29,985 nucleotides of DNA, from the NCBI GenBank assembly GCA_027451645.1, contig DAIDIX010000002.1, positions 1 through 29,985 on the forward strand. Reading direction: 5' to 3'. This document shows, in pieces, positions 8,047 through 16,645 of the stretch. The position numbers and the translations under genes are program-made. The notes below the pieces were generated by a model, which made no database searches, was not told the origin of the DNA, and was given only the letters and a program-made list of their open reading frames with translations. The DNA is from Candidatus Dormiibacterota bacterium (GTDB lineage Bacteria > Chloroflexota > Dormibacteria > Aeolococcales > Aeolococcaceae). Within the stretch, counting starts at the first letter, position 1. Every line of letters begins with the position of its first letter.

Positions 8047-8610
8047 TCAGTGGGCGACTTGCTGTGCTAGCGACTCAAGCGTAGTGGTGCGCGATGCAGC
8101 GCTGATGTCAGCACTGTCAAGAGCAATTTCTACTGCATCTTGACCGCTCATGAGAGCAATGATGCCTGAGGTGGCTGACTCTTTCACTATTGGCGCAGTT
8201 GAGCTTGACACAGAAGGACCAATATCGTATCCGAGGGATGCAAGTGGAGTGCCTGGATATACAGTGACCACAAGGGATCTTCCATCGGATACTGTGTACC
8301 GGCACTGGCCAATGGGTGTACCAGCACCACCGAATGAGCCGGTCTGACTCACCTGGAATGCAGGAGTCGAGTAGTCGGAGCTCCAGGTGCTCGTCCCGAG
8401 TGCAGAGCTGACTGCGGTCGCAGACAGCATGCTGCAGGCATTCGGAGTGACATCAGGCGTTGTTGGTGGAACAGTGTTCGTTGGCACATCGGAGTAGCCA
8501 GGAGAGCATGCTGTTAGCAGGAGGGTTGCACCACCAGCAAGGATGGCGGAGATAGCCTTCATCATCGTCCGATGCGGTACTGATTGCAGCCGTCGCATGC
8601 ATTGCATCAT
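8047..8610 (-). CDS. Lipoprotein, DUF3558-like
   Basis: Lipobox LTA-C-SPG. NACSMLSATAVSSALG...GQCRY Cys pair is typical of DUF3558. GAGGAG SD before ATG 8610 (alternative starts 8565/8562). Confidence 0.6.
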   Translation of the reverse strand: MMQCMRRLQSVPHRTMMKAISAILAGGATLLLTACSPGYSDVPTNTVPPTTPDVTPNACSMLSATAVSSALGTSTWSSDYSTPAFQVSQTGSFGGAGTPIGQCRYTVSDGRSLVVTVYPGTPLASLGYDIGPSVSSSTAPIVKESATSGIIALMSGQDAVEIALDSADISAASRTTTLESLAQQVAH

Positions 8611-8793
8611 CAATCTGCACTCCTCACTCGATTGTTCCACCTGCATCACGTGCGCATCACGATGTCCGGAAACCACGCAGTGCGCTTTGGGTTCGGATAT
8701 TAGGATACACATTGGCTGCGACCTTCTGTCCATCACACAAACCTCCAGTGCATGCGGTACAATTGCGGCAATTCAGCATGAGGAGGGATCGGC

Positions 8794-9336
8794 ATGAACC
8801 GTCGCAATCATAGGCACCAGCAGCCTGCAAAACACACTCCTACGGTGGTAGAGCCAAATCTCGACGCTGTGGGTGCCTCGCTCACTCCCCGTGCAAAAAC
8901 ACTCCTCCGCTGGCTTTTTGACCATCAGGGCGAGGATCGGCCGCTTACGGAATCCGGTCTTGCGAAAGAGGATGCAGAGCGTGCATTCTTCGAACTCAAT
9001 GATGCTGGACTTGTGAAGCTCGTTCCTGGTGCTGCTGCAGGAGTTGTTGTTCCTGATGCAGTCCGTTCTGCAATGGTTCCTGAGCGCTACCTTGTGAACA
9101 TGATTGGCGAGATGCCTGAGCAGTCTGAGGCAGCAGAAGCCTGGAAGACCGCAGCAGAGGCAATTGCTGCATATCGAGCGAAATGGAAGATCACGGATGC
9201 TTCCCATGCACTTGGTGGCGGAAGGGTCGTCATGCACGGTGCTGAGCAGCGGACTGATGCCATTGCAGCATGGGCGACAATCCATGAGTTCCGACGCATC
9301 AAGGCTGCTCAGGCTCCATCCCAGGAGATTTCCTGA
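8794..9336 (+). CDS. Hypothetical protein: winged-helix-like N-half plus segment resembling the C-terminal tail of actinobacterial MobF relaxases
   Basis: GAGGAGG SD. LTPRAKTLLRWL...FFELNDAGLV is wHTH-like. YLVNMIGEMP...AWKTAAEAIAAYRAKWKITDASHALG...QR resembles the relaxase tail as recalled. Confidence 0.65.
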   Translation: MNRRNHRHQQPAKHTPTVVEPNLDAVGASLTPRAKTLLRWLFDHQGEDRPLTESGLAKEDAERAFFELNDAGLVKLVPGAAAGVVVPDAVRSAMVPERYLVNMIGEMPEQSEAAEAWKTAAEAIAAYRAKWKITDASHALGGGRVVMHGAEQRTDAIAAWATIHEFRRIKAAQAPSQEIS

Positions 9337-9341
9337 ACTCC

Positions 9342-9575
9342 ATGCAGGACACGGAAGTGGACGAGTACCCGACGTGGGTGCAGCATGCACTCGACTGTGG
9401 ACTCATTACATCCCTGGAAGCACGACGGTTCATCGGGCAGGCTCTTCCTCTCACGCATGGCTCCCCTCTCCAGCTCATTGGCCGAGGACGGCGTGGTCAT
9501 GTGACCTGCAGATGCCGCTTCACTCTTGCACACTCGTGCACAAAGCTTCCAGCCCCAGTGCGATTCACGATGTAG
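9342..9575 (+). CDS. Small hypothetical protein
   Basis: Starts 5 nt after the upstream stop. The N-half (YPTWVQHALDCGLITSLEARRF) looks protein-like. No recognised family. Confidence 0.35.
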   Translation: MQDTEVDEYPTWVQHALDCGLITSLEARRFIGQALPLTHGSPLQLIGRGRRGHVTCRCRFTLAHSCTKLPAPVRFTM

Positions 9576-9579
9576 ACCG

Positions 9580-9588
9580 TGGTATAGT
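9580..9588 (+). promoter_or_regulatory. Extended -10 promoter for topA (TGgTATAGT)
   Basis: TGn+TATAGT about 110 nt upstream of the topA start. Confidence 0.45.
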
Positions 9589-9695
9589 GCAGTAGCGCAC
9601 GTTCAGCGCATCGGAGTCGGAAGCTCCCGCACTTCGAATGTCGGATCGTATCAGTCGATGTGTCACATCGAGCGTTGAGTGGGATAGAGGCCTGT

Positions 9696-12098
9696 ATGGG
9701 GAAGAAGCTCATCATTGTGGAGTCGCCGAGCAAGGCGAGGACGCTTTCGAAATTTCTCGGATCGTCATTCATTGTGAAAGCATCGATGGGACATGTCCGG
9801 GATCTCCCGAAATCGAAGATCGGGGTTGATATCGAGCATGGGTTCACACCCCAGTATCAGGTCATCAAGGGACGTGAGAAGAGCATTGAGGAACTGAAGC
9901 AGGCTGCAAAGCAGGCTGAGGAAACCTATCTTGCATCCGACCCTGACCGTGAGGGTGAGGCCATTGCATGGCATCTTGCAGAGGCACTGAAGCTGAAGAA
10001 TCCAGTACGCATCGTATTTCACGAGATCACCCGGGGTGCTGTCGAAGAGGCGATGGAGCATCCACGGAGCATTGACAGATCGCTGGTTGCTGCCCAGGAG
10101 GCACGTCGGGTCATCGACCGGCTCCTTGGCTACAAGCTCAGCCCCTTCCTCTGGAAAAAGGTCAGGGCTGGACTCAGTGCTGGCCGAGTGCAGTCCGTTG
10201 CAGTACGGCTCGTTGCGGACCGGGAGGCAGAGATCGAGGCATTTGTTCCTGTCGAGTCATGGTCCCTCGAGGTTGTGCTTGAGCATTCCAATGGACACAC
10301 GTTCACTGCCCGCCTCAGCGAGATAGCAGGAGCAGCTGTACCAAAGAAGAAGGCGAAGGCTGATGAGCAGGACGACAGGGAAAGTGAGGAGCGTGTGCTT
10401 GTCCATTCCGAGGATGAGGCAGCCTCACTCCTCGAGAAGCTCGGCTATGCGAAAGATGGCTTTCCTCTTGATGGTCCAGGCATCTGGACAGTCACGAAGG
10501 TCACGACAGCGAACCAGTCCCGCTCAGCACCTCTTCCCTACACAACAAGTGTGCTGCAGCAGGATGCAAGCACACGGCTCAGGTTCTCGCCAAAGCGGAC
10601 AATGCTCCTTGCACAGCAGCTGTATGAGGGCGTGGATCTCGGAGACCAGGGGCCAGTTGGTCTCATCACCTACATGCGTACTGACTCCACCCGGCTCAGC
10701 GATGAGGCAGTGGGAATGGCCCAGAGCTTCATCAGATCCACATACGGGGAGCAGTACGTACGGACAACGAAGCCTGTGCAGCGTGGAAAGTCAGCACTCC
10801 ATGTGCAGGATGCACATGAGGCAATTCGTCCCACGGATGTTGCACGAACTCCGGATGTTGTGAAGGATGTCCTGGATCCCTCCCAGTTCCGGCTGTATGA
10901 GCTCATCTGGAAACGCTTCGTTGCAAGCCAGATGGCTGAGGCGAAGATCCGCTCAACCCGTGTCGTGCTTGACCGTGAAGGGTGCCTCTTCCGTGCTTCA
11001 GGATCCGTAGTCGAGTTCGACGGATTCCAGCGCATCTGGCGTCGTGATGAAGGAACAGAGCGGGAGGAGAAGATCCTTCCGGCGCTCAGTGAGGGCGAGA
11101 GCCTTCCGGGCCTCAGGATCGATGCAGAACAGCATTTTTCCCAGCCTCCGCCTCGCTACACAGAAGCCTCCCTCATCAAGGACATGGAGGAGAAGGGCAT
11201 TGGCCGTCCATCGACGTATGCTCCGACACTCGATGTCATCCAGCAGCGGCGGTATGTTGTCCAGAAGGAACGGAAACTCTACCTCACTGCGCTCGGGAAG
11301 ACTGTGGATCTTGTCCTCAGGGAAAACATACCCTCAGTTGTAGACGTTGCCTTTACCGCAGAACTTGAGAGCCAGCTCGACAAGATTGAGGAGGGAAGCT
11401 CCGAGTACGAACCCATTGTTGCAGGCTGGTATGGCCCATTTGAGAAGACTGTCGAGACAATGAACGAGTCTGTCCAGCGTGTGAAGATTCCTGTGAAGGA
11501 AACAGGAGAGGAGTGTCCAAAGTGCCATGAGGGACAGCTCGTCATCCGTGAGGGCCGGTACGGTGAGTTCGTTGGATGCTCCAGGTATCCTGAATGCGAC
11601 TACGTGCGCAATGAACGCGGGGGTACTGCAGAGCCAACTGGTGAGAACTGTCCGCTCTGCGGCAAGCCGCTTGTCACACGAGTAGGACGGAGGGGCCCCT
11701 TTGTTGGATGCTCCGGGTATCCGTCATGCCGGTATGTTGCGCCAAGTGCCCAGGAAGGGGAGTCACCACAGCCGAAGGATCTTGGACCATGTCCGGACTG
11801 CGGGAGTCCGCTCCTCATCCGACGGGGCCGCAGGGGAGCGTTCATTGGGTGTTCTGCATATCCAAAGTGCCGACACACTGCACCACTCGAACCGGGATCG
11901 GAAGCAGCAGCTGCTGCAGCCACGACTACTGCATCCCAGGTGGAACCGACTGGCGAGATGTGTCCAGACTGCGGGAAGCCGCTTGTGACACGGCAGGGCA
12001 GGTTTGGTCCATTCATCTCGTGCTCGGGATATCCAACTTGCAAATACCGTCCTCCAAAGACTGCGAAACCTGCAGGAAGCGGGGAAGACGAGGAGTAG
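9696..12098 (+). CDS. topA: DNA topoisomerase I (type IA)
   Basis: TOPRIM IVESPSKA and ASDPDREGEAIAWH, SAGRVQS, catalytic ITYMRTDS, GIGRPSTYA, and four C-terminal C4 zinc ribbons. Confidence 0.98.
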   Translation: MGKKLIIVESPSKARTLSKFLGSSFIVKASMGHVRDLPKSKIGVDIEHGFTPQYQVIKGREKSIEELKQAAKQAEETYLASDPDREGEAIAWHLAEALKLKNPVRIVFHEITRGAVEEAMEHPRSIDRSLVAAQEARRVIDRLLGYKLSPFLWKKVRAGLSAGRVQSVAVRLVADREAEIEAFVPVESWSLEVVLEHSNGHTFTARLSEIAGAAVPKKKAKADEQDDRESEERVLVHSEDEAASLLEKLGYAKDGFPLDGPGIWTVTKVTTANQSRSAPLPYTTSVLQQDASTRLRFSPKRTMLLAQQLYEGVDLGDQGPVGLITYMRTDSTRLSDEAVGMAQSFIRSTYGEQYVRTTKPVQRGKSALHVQDAHEAIRPTDVARTPDVVKDVLDPSQFRLYELIWKRFVASQMAEAKIRSTRVVLDREGCLFRASGSVVEFDGFQRIWRRDEGTEREEKILPALSEGESLPGLRIDAEQHFSQPPPRYTEASLIKDMEEKGIGRPSTYAPTLDVIQQRRYVVQKERKLYLTALGKTVDLVLRENIPSVVDVAFTAELESQLDKIEEGSSEYEPIVAGWYGPFEKTVETMNESVQRVKIPVKETGEECPKCHEGQLVIREGRYGEFVGCSRYPECDYVRNERGGTAEPTGENCPLCGKPLVTRVGRRGPFVGCSGYPSCRYVAPSAQEGESPQPKDLGPCPDCGSPLLIRRGRRGAFIGCSAYPKCRHTAPLEPGSEAAAAAATTTASQVEPTGEMCPDCGKPLVTRQGRFGPFISCSGYPTCKYRPPKTAKPAGSGEDEE
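11514..12047 (+). repeat. Four tandem zinc-ribbon repeats in the TopA C-terminus
   Basis: CPKC..GCSRYPEC, CPLC..GCSGYPSC, CPDC..GCSAYPKC, CPDC..SCSGYPTC. DNA similarity is visible (cggcaagccgcttgtcacacg vs cgggaagccgcttgtgacacg). Confidence 0.9.
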
Positions 12099-12123
12099 CT
12101 GCAGCGGTTCCAGTCAGTGTATC

Positions 12124-12132
12124 TGGTATTGT
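12124..12132 (+). promoter_or_regulatory. Extended -10 promoter for rpsB operon (TGgTATTGT)
   Basis: TGn+TATTGT about 10 nt upstream of the S2 leader. Confidence 0.5.
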
Positions 12133-12142
12133 GAAAGCAATT

Positions 12143-12221
12143 CACACACAGTGGTGATGCTCTCAGAGGGTGGCGTGATATACGCAACTGGGAGCACATG
12201 ATCCGCTGTGGAGGTCAACCC
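12143..12221 (+). promoter_or_regulatory. rpsB (S2) autogenous-control leader RNA
   Basis: CACAC...TGTGGAGGtcAACCC ends as in the E. coli rpsB leader. Stems 12147-54/12203-10 and 12158-66/12188-96, inner hairpin 12173-85, and GGGT 12168-71 complementary to ACCC 12218-21 (pseudoknot). Confidence 0.8.
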
Positions 12222-12241
12222 ACAACTGGAGGAAGTGCACT

Positions 12242-13009
12242 GTGTCTACAGTCACAATGCGGCAGATGCTGGAAGCAGGCGTACATTTCGGGCATCGCAC
12301 AAGCCGGTGGAATCCGAAGATGCGCCCATACATTTTCACATCGCGAAACGGTGTGCATGTCATTGACCTCGCCAAGACGAAGTCGATGCTTGATGAGGCC
12401 CTTGAGGCCATTCGCGATGCAGTGGCTGGTGGCGAGAAGGTGCTTTTCGTGGGAACGAAAAAGCAGGCACAGGATGCCATCCGTGAAGTCTGCGATGCGA
12501 CAGGACAGCATTATGTCGTGAACCGGTGGCTCGGTGGCATGCTCACGAACTATCCTGTCATGCGCCAGCGGGTCCGGAGGCTCCAGGAACTTCGTGAATA
12601 CAAGGAGCGGGGAGACTTCGAGCGCATGTCGCGGAAGGAAGCGAACATGTACCAGGACGAGCTCACACGGCTCGAGGCGAACTTTGGCGGACTTGCCACA
12701 ATGGATGCCCGACCGGGAATCCTCTTCGTCATTGACTGCAAGCGTGAGACCCTTGCAGTGAAGGAAGCGAATACCCTCAGCATTCCCATTTTTGCCATTG
12801 TGGACACCAACTGCGATCCAGACAAGGTCGAATATGTCATTCCTGGCAATGATGACTCGATGCGTGCAATCACCCTCATTCTCAAGGCAGTCCAGGGAGC
12901 GATCGAGGAGGGAATGGAACTCCAGAAGAAGCGGAAGACTGATGCATCCGCCAAGGAGTCAACGGACAGTGAGCAGGCAGTTGCAGTAGCACAAGGTGGA
13001 GAAGCATAA
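12242..13009 (+). CDS. rpsB: 30S ribosomal protein S2
   Basis: [58 protein letters not shown] before GTG. Confidence 0.98.
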   Translation: MSTVTMRQMLEAGVHFGHRTSRWNPKMRPYIFTSRNGVHVIDLAKTKSMLDEALEAIRDAVAGGEKVLFVGTKKQAQDAIREVCDATGQHYVVNRWLGGMLTNYPVMRQRVRRLQELREYKERGDFERMSRKEANMYQDELTRLEANFGGLATMDARPGILFVIDCKRETLAVKEANTLSIPIFAIVDTNCDPDKVEYVIPGNDDSMRAITLILKAVQGAIEEGMELQKKRKTDASAKESTDSEQAVAVAQGGEA

Positions 13010-13010
13010 G

Positions 13011-13652
13011 ATGGCTGAAGTCACAGCACAGGCCGTGAAGAGTCTTCGGGACATGACAGGTGCAGGCATGATGGACTGCAAGAAGGCGCTTGTCGAGACC
13101 GGGGGCGATGTGGAGAAAGCCAAGGACTGGCTTCGCGAGAAAGGACTTGCAAAATCAGCAAGCCGTGTCGGCCGCGAGGTTCGTGAAGGCATTGTTGAAT
13201 CGTATGTCCACAAGTCGAGTGGTATTGCAAAGCTTGGCGTTCTCGTTGAACTGAACTGCGAATCGGACTTTGTAGCAAAGACTGATGACTTCCAGGCACT
13301 AGCCCGGGAAATTGCTCTCCAGATAGCTGGCAAGGCCCCACTATATGTCAGGAAAGAGGATGTTCCCCAGGACATCCTCGACCGGGAGATCGCGATCTAC
13401 CGCAACCAGGTGGAAGGAAAGCCAGAGAACATTGTCGAGAAGATCATTGCAGGAAAGCTGGATGCGTTCTACAAGGAGGTATGCCTCCTGGAGCAGCCAT
13501 GGATCCGAGATGAGAAGGGCAAGCAGACCATTGGCGAGATGATTCACGAATCGATAGCGAAGATGGGTGAGAACATCACTGTCTCACGCTTCTCCCGGTT
13601 CCAGGTTGGGGAGACAGCCTCAACGAGTTCATCGAATGGACACCACGAGTGA
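13011..13652 (+). CDS. tsf: Elongation factor Ts (short type, about 213 aa)
   Basis: [50 protein letters not shown]. Confidence 0.97.
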   Translation: MAEVTAQAVKSLRDMTGAGMMDCKKALVETGGDVEKAKDWLREKGLAKSASRVGREVREGIVESYVHKSSGIAKLGVLVELNCESDFVAKTDDFQALAREIALQIAGKAPLYVRKEDVPQDILDREIAIYRNQVEGKPENIVEKIIAGKLDAFYKEVCLLEQPWIRDEKGKQTIGEMIHESIAKMGENITVSRFSRFQVGETASTSSSNGHHE

Positions 13653-13653
13653 T

Positions 13654-14415
13654 ATGCCGCAGGAAGCAGTAGCTGCTTCACGGGCGACAGGGACTCGGAC
13701 ACCCAAATACCGTCGTGTAGTTCTCAAGATCAGTGGTGAAGCCCTCATGGGCAGCCGCGGGTATGGCATTGATACGGGTACGGTGTACCAGATTGCAGAG
13801 CAGCTGCGAGATGTCCATGCGCTGGGAGTTGAACTTGCTGTCGTTGTAGGTGGCGGAAATATCATCCGCGGAGTCGAGATAAGCTCCCAGGGTCTTGACC
13901 GTGTGGCTGGCGACTACATGGGCATGCTTGCCACAGTCATCAATGCGCTTGCACTCCGGGATGCACTTGAGCAGAGTGGCCTTCAGTGCCGGGTACAGAC
14001 TGCAATAGCGATGCAGCAGGTCGCAGAGCCCTTCATTCCACGACGTGCAATCCGGCATCTCGAGAAGGGCAGAATTGTCATTCTCAGTGCAGGTACGGGG
14101 AATCCCTTCTTTTCGACGGACACTACTGCTGCACTTCGTGCTGCAGAGATCGGTGCAGAAATTCTCCTCAAGGCAACGAAGGTGGATGGCATCTACACAG
14201 CAGATCCAGTGAAGAATCCTGGTGCAGAACGCCTTCACCACCTGAGCTACCTTGACGTACTCAACCGTGGACTCCAGGTGATGGATGCTACAGCCCTCAC
14301 GCTTTGCATGGACAATGCAATGCCAATAATCGTCTTTGATCTTCTTACACGTGGCAATATTGAACGCGTGATCTGTGGAGAGGATATCGGTACCCGAGTG
14401 GATGCAGGAGAGTAG
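13654..14415 (+). CDS. pyrH: Uridylate kinase
   Basis: [53 protein letters not shown]. Start could also be ATG 13636. Confidence 0.97.
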   Translation: MPQEAVAASRATGTRTPKYRRVVLKISGEALMGSRGYGIDTGTVYQIAEQLRDVHALGVELAVVVGGGNIIRGVEISSQGLDRVAGDYMGMLATVINALALRDALEQSGLQCRVQTAIAMQQVAEPFIPRRAIRHLEKGRIVILSAGTGNPFFSTDTTAALRAAEIGAEILLKATKVDGIYTADPVKNPGAERLHHLSYLDVLNRGLQVMDATALTLCMDNAMPIIVFDLLTRGNIERVICGEDIGTRVDAGE

Positions 14416-14417
14416 GT

Positions 14418-15005
14418 ATGGCTGGAGAACATGAGGAGACACTCCTCTCAATGGAAGAACTCATTGCCCAGGCTAAGGAGAGGATGGAGCGCAGCATTGA
14501 GGCCCTGAAGAAGGAACTTGTGGGGATCAGGACTGGTCGTGCCAATCCTGCACTCGTTGACCGCCTGCAGATCGACTACTACGGTTCATCAACTCCCCTC
14601 CAGTCGCTTGCGAACATCTCCACGCCGGAGGCCCGTCTCCTTGTCATCCAGCCGTTTGATCGCACAGCAATTCCTGCAATAGAGAAGGCGATCATGACGA
14701 GCGAGCTTGGACTCACGCCCTCGAATGATGGCCAGGTTATCCGAGTCGGGATTCCCCAGCTGACAGAGGAACGAAGACAGGAGTACGTGAAGCTTGTCCA
14801 CAAGCGGGCTGAGGATGCGCGGGTATCCGTGCGGAATGTCCGTCGTGACACTGTCGACCAGTTCCGGAAACTGGAAAAGGCTGGCAACATCAGCAAGGAT
14901 GAAGTGGAACGGGAACTGCAGCATGTGCAAAAGGTCACGGACAGCCATGTCGAGATCATTGAGGGCCTGGCAAAGAAGAAGGAAGCGGAACTTCTCGAAG
15001 TGTAA
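14418..15005 (+). CDS. frr: Ribosome recycling factor
   Basis: IRTGRANP, DYYGSSTPL, LGLTPSNDG, IPQLTEERR, RVSVRNVRRD, KKEAELLEV. Confidence 0.97.
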   Translation: MAGEHEETLLSMEELIAQAKERMERSIEALKKELVGIRTGRANPALVDRLQIDYYGSSTPLQSLANISTPEARLLVIQPFDRTAIPAIEKAIMTSELGLTPSNDGQVIRVGIPQLTEERRQEYVKLVHKRAEDARVSVRNVRRDTVDQFRKLEKAGNISKDEVERELQHVQKVTDSHVEIIEGLAKKKEAELLEV

Positions 15006-15120
15006 CGTCCGCTCCCAGGACACCCGTTGTATGAGTGAGTAGTTCACGACTGGAGAGCGTATCATCGAACGGCCCTTTCCCCCAGCAGCAATTCTCCCAC
15101 GATCCACCAACACGATTCCC

Positions 15121-15834
15121 GTGCATGTGGGAATCATCATGGATGGAAATGGAAGATGGGCGAAATCCCGGCACAGGCCACGGCTCTTTGGCCATCGTGC
15201 TGGAGTCCGGGCAATCCGGCCTGTCCTTGATGCATTCCATGAACGTGGAGTGCACATGCTCACGCTCTATGCCTTCAGCACAGAAAACTGGAGAAGGCCA
15301 GATGATGAGGTAAGAGGCCTCATGACACTCCTTGGAGAGACTATCGATCGCGAAACGGATGAGCTGCATGCGAATGGCATTCAGATCCGTGCAGTGGGAG
15401 ACAGGTCCCGTCTTGGGGAGCGGCTGCAGGCAAAGATCCGCATGGCTGAGGAGAAAACGAAAGCGAATACTGCAGGGATGCTCAATGTTGCTATCAATTA
15501 CGGCTCCAGGCATGAGATCATCGAGGCGTTCCAGGATGCCACAGTGCACGGAGTATCTTCCGAGGAGATGACTGAGGAGATCCTCTCGTCCTACCTTTAC
15601 ACCAGGGGAATTCCGGATCCGGATCTCATCATCCGTACAGGAGGCGAGTATCGCCTCAGCAATTTTCTCCTCTGGCAGGCAGCGTATGCTGAACTCTTTG
15701 TGACGCCAACGCTCTGGCCAGATTTCAGTCCCACCGACATCGATGAGGCACTTGCCTTCTTTGCTGGACGGGAACGGAGATTTGGGTCAACATCGGAACA
15801 GGTGGACGCTTCCAGGAAGGAAAAACGTGCGTAA
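15121..15834 (+). CDS. uppS: Undecaprenyl/polyprenyl diphosphate synthase (true start uncertain, see findings)
   Basis: HVGIIMDGNGRWA, LYAFSTENWRRP, INYGSRHEI, PDPDLIIRTGGEYRLSNFLLWQ, LWPDF. Confidence 0.95.
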   Translation: MHVGIIMDGNGRWAKSRHRPRLFGHRAGVRAIRPVLDAFHERGVHMLTLYAFSTENWRRPDDEVRGLMTLLGETIDRETDELHANGIQIRAVGDRSRLGERLQAKIRMAEEKTKANTAGMLNVAINYGSRHEIIEAFQDATVHGVSSEEMTEEILSSYLYTRGIPDPDLIIRTGGEYRLSNFLLWQAAYAELFVTPTLWPDFSPTDIDEALAFFAGRERRFGSTSEQVDASRKEKRA

Positions 15835-16645
15835 TTTCCTCAGCCGTCTTGCCTCTGCTGCAGTGCTCATTGCACTTGTTGTCATCACGATTCTTGTGAG
15901 AGGGTGGTTTGCTGCTGTCGTGGTGTGCATCTTCGGACTTGCTGCAGCGTGGGAACTCTCTCGCATGGCAGAAAGGGCAGGCCTTCACGTGCATCCCGTG
16001 ATTCTCTACCCCACCACACTTGCACTCACGCTTCGTGCCATGGTTCCAGCCCACCTCCCAGTTGTTGAATGGTGCTGCATCTATGCAGTCATTGCAGGGC
16101 TTGGCATGATGGTGTTCCAGAAGGCGACGCCAGCTGGATGGATGTCTGCACTTGGCATTGCTGCGTACGTTGGTCTCGGTCTCGGATATGTCCTTCTCCT
16201 GCTGGATCGCGCTCCCCGGAGCGATCCGCATCTCGGGATGCTGCTCGTTGTCGTGATGCTTGCGGGAATTGTCGCCTGTGACACGGGAGCGTATGCAGTG
16301 GGCATCCCGTTTGGCCGACACAGGCTCATGCCTGACATCTCGCCAAAGAAGTCCATCGAGGGGGCAGTTGGTGGTCTTGCTGCAGCAGTAGTGGTGGAGA
16401 CAGTGTGCGGTATGTGGCTCCTCAGCCTCAGCATGCCTGCGAGTGCTGCTCTTGGTGTGCTCATCGGCATCCTGTCACAGGTTGGGGACCTTGCCGAGTC
16501 TGCTCTGAAGCGGCAGGCTGACATGAAGGACTCAAGCAACCTCATACCTGGCCATGGCGGTGTCATGGACCGCTTCGACAGCATTCTCTTCGTAGTGCCA
16601 GTCATCTACTGGTATCTCCAGGCTGTACTGAGGATACGGCCATGA
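15827..16645 (+). CDS. cdsA: Phosphatidate cytidylyltransferase
   Basis: DTGAYAVG..FGRH, ISPKKSIEG, GDLAESALKR, KDSSNLIPGHGGVMDRFDS. The GTG start overlaps the uppS stop. Confidence 0.95.
   Translation: MRNFLSRLASAAVLIALVVITILVRGWFAAVVVCIFGLAAAWELSRMAERAGLHVHPVILYPTTLALTLRAMVPAHLPVVEWCCIYAVIAGLGMMVFQKATPAGWMSALGIAAYVGLGLGYVLLLLDRAPRSDPHLGMLLVVVMLAGIVACDTGAYAVGIPFGRHRLMPDISPKKSIEGAVGGLAAAVVVETVCGMWLLSLSMPASAALGVLIGILSQVGDLAESALKRQADMKDSSNLIPGHGGVMDRFDSILFVVPVIYWYLQAVLRIRP

Noticed and set aside
8039-8047. GAGCCGTAT resembling the start of group II intron domain V
   Set aside because: The rest of domain V (GAAA loop, CGTACGGTTC) and any RT ORF are absent. It is a chance match at a convergent gene junction.
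15040-15042. Amber (TAG) reassignment or pyrrolysine as an explanation for the uppS in-frame stop
   Set aside because: TAG is the evident stop of topA, pyrH, rseP, ispG, sdhC and sdhB at positions matching the normal protein ends, so it is not recoded genome-wide.
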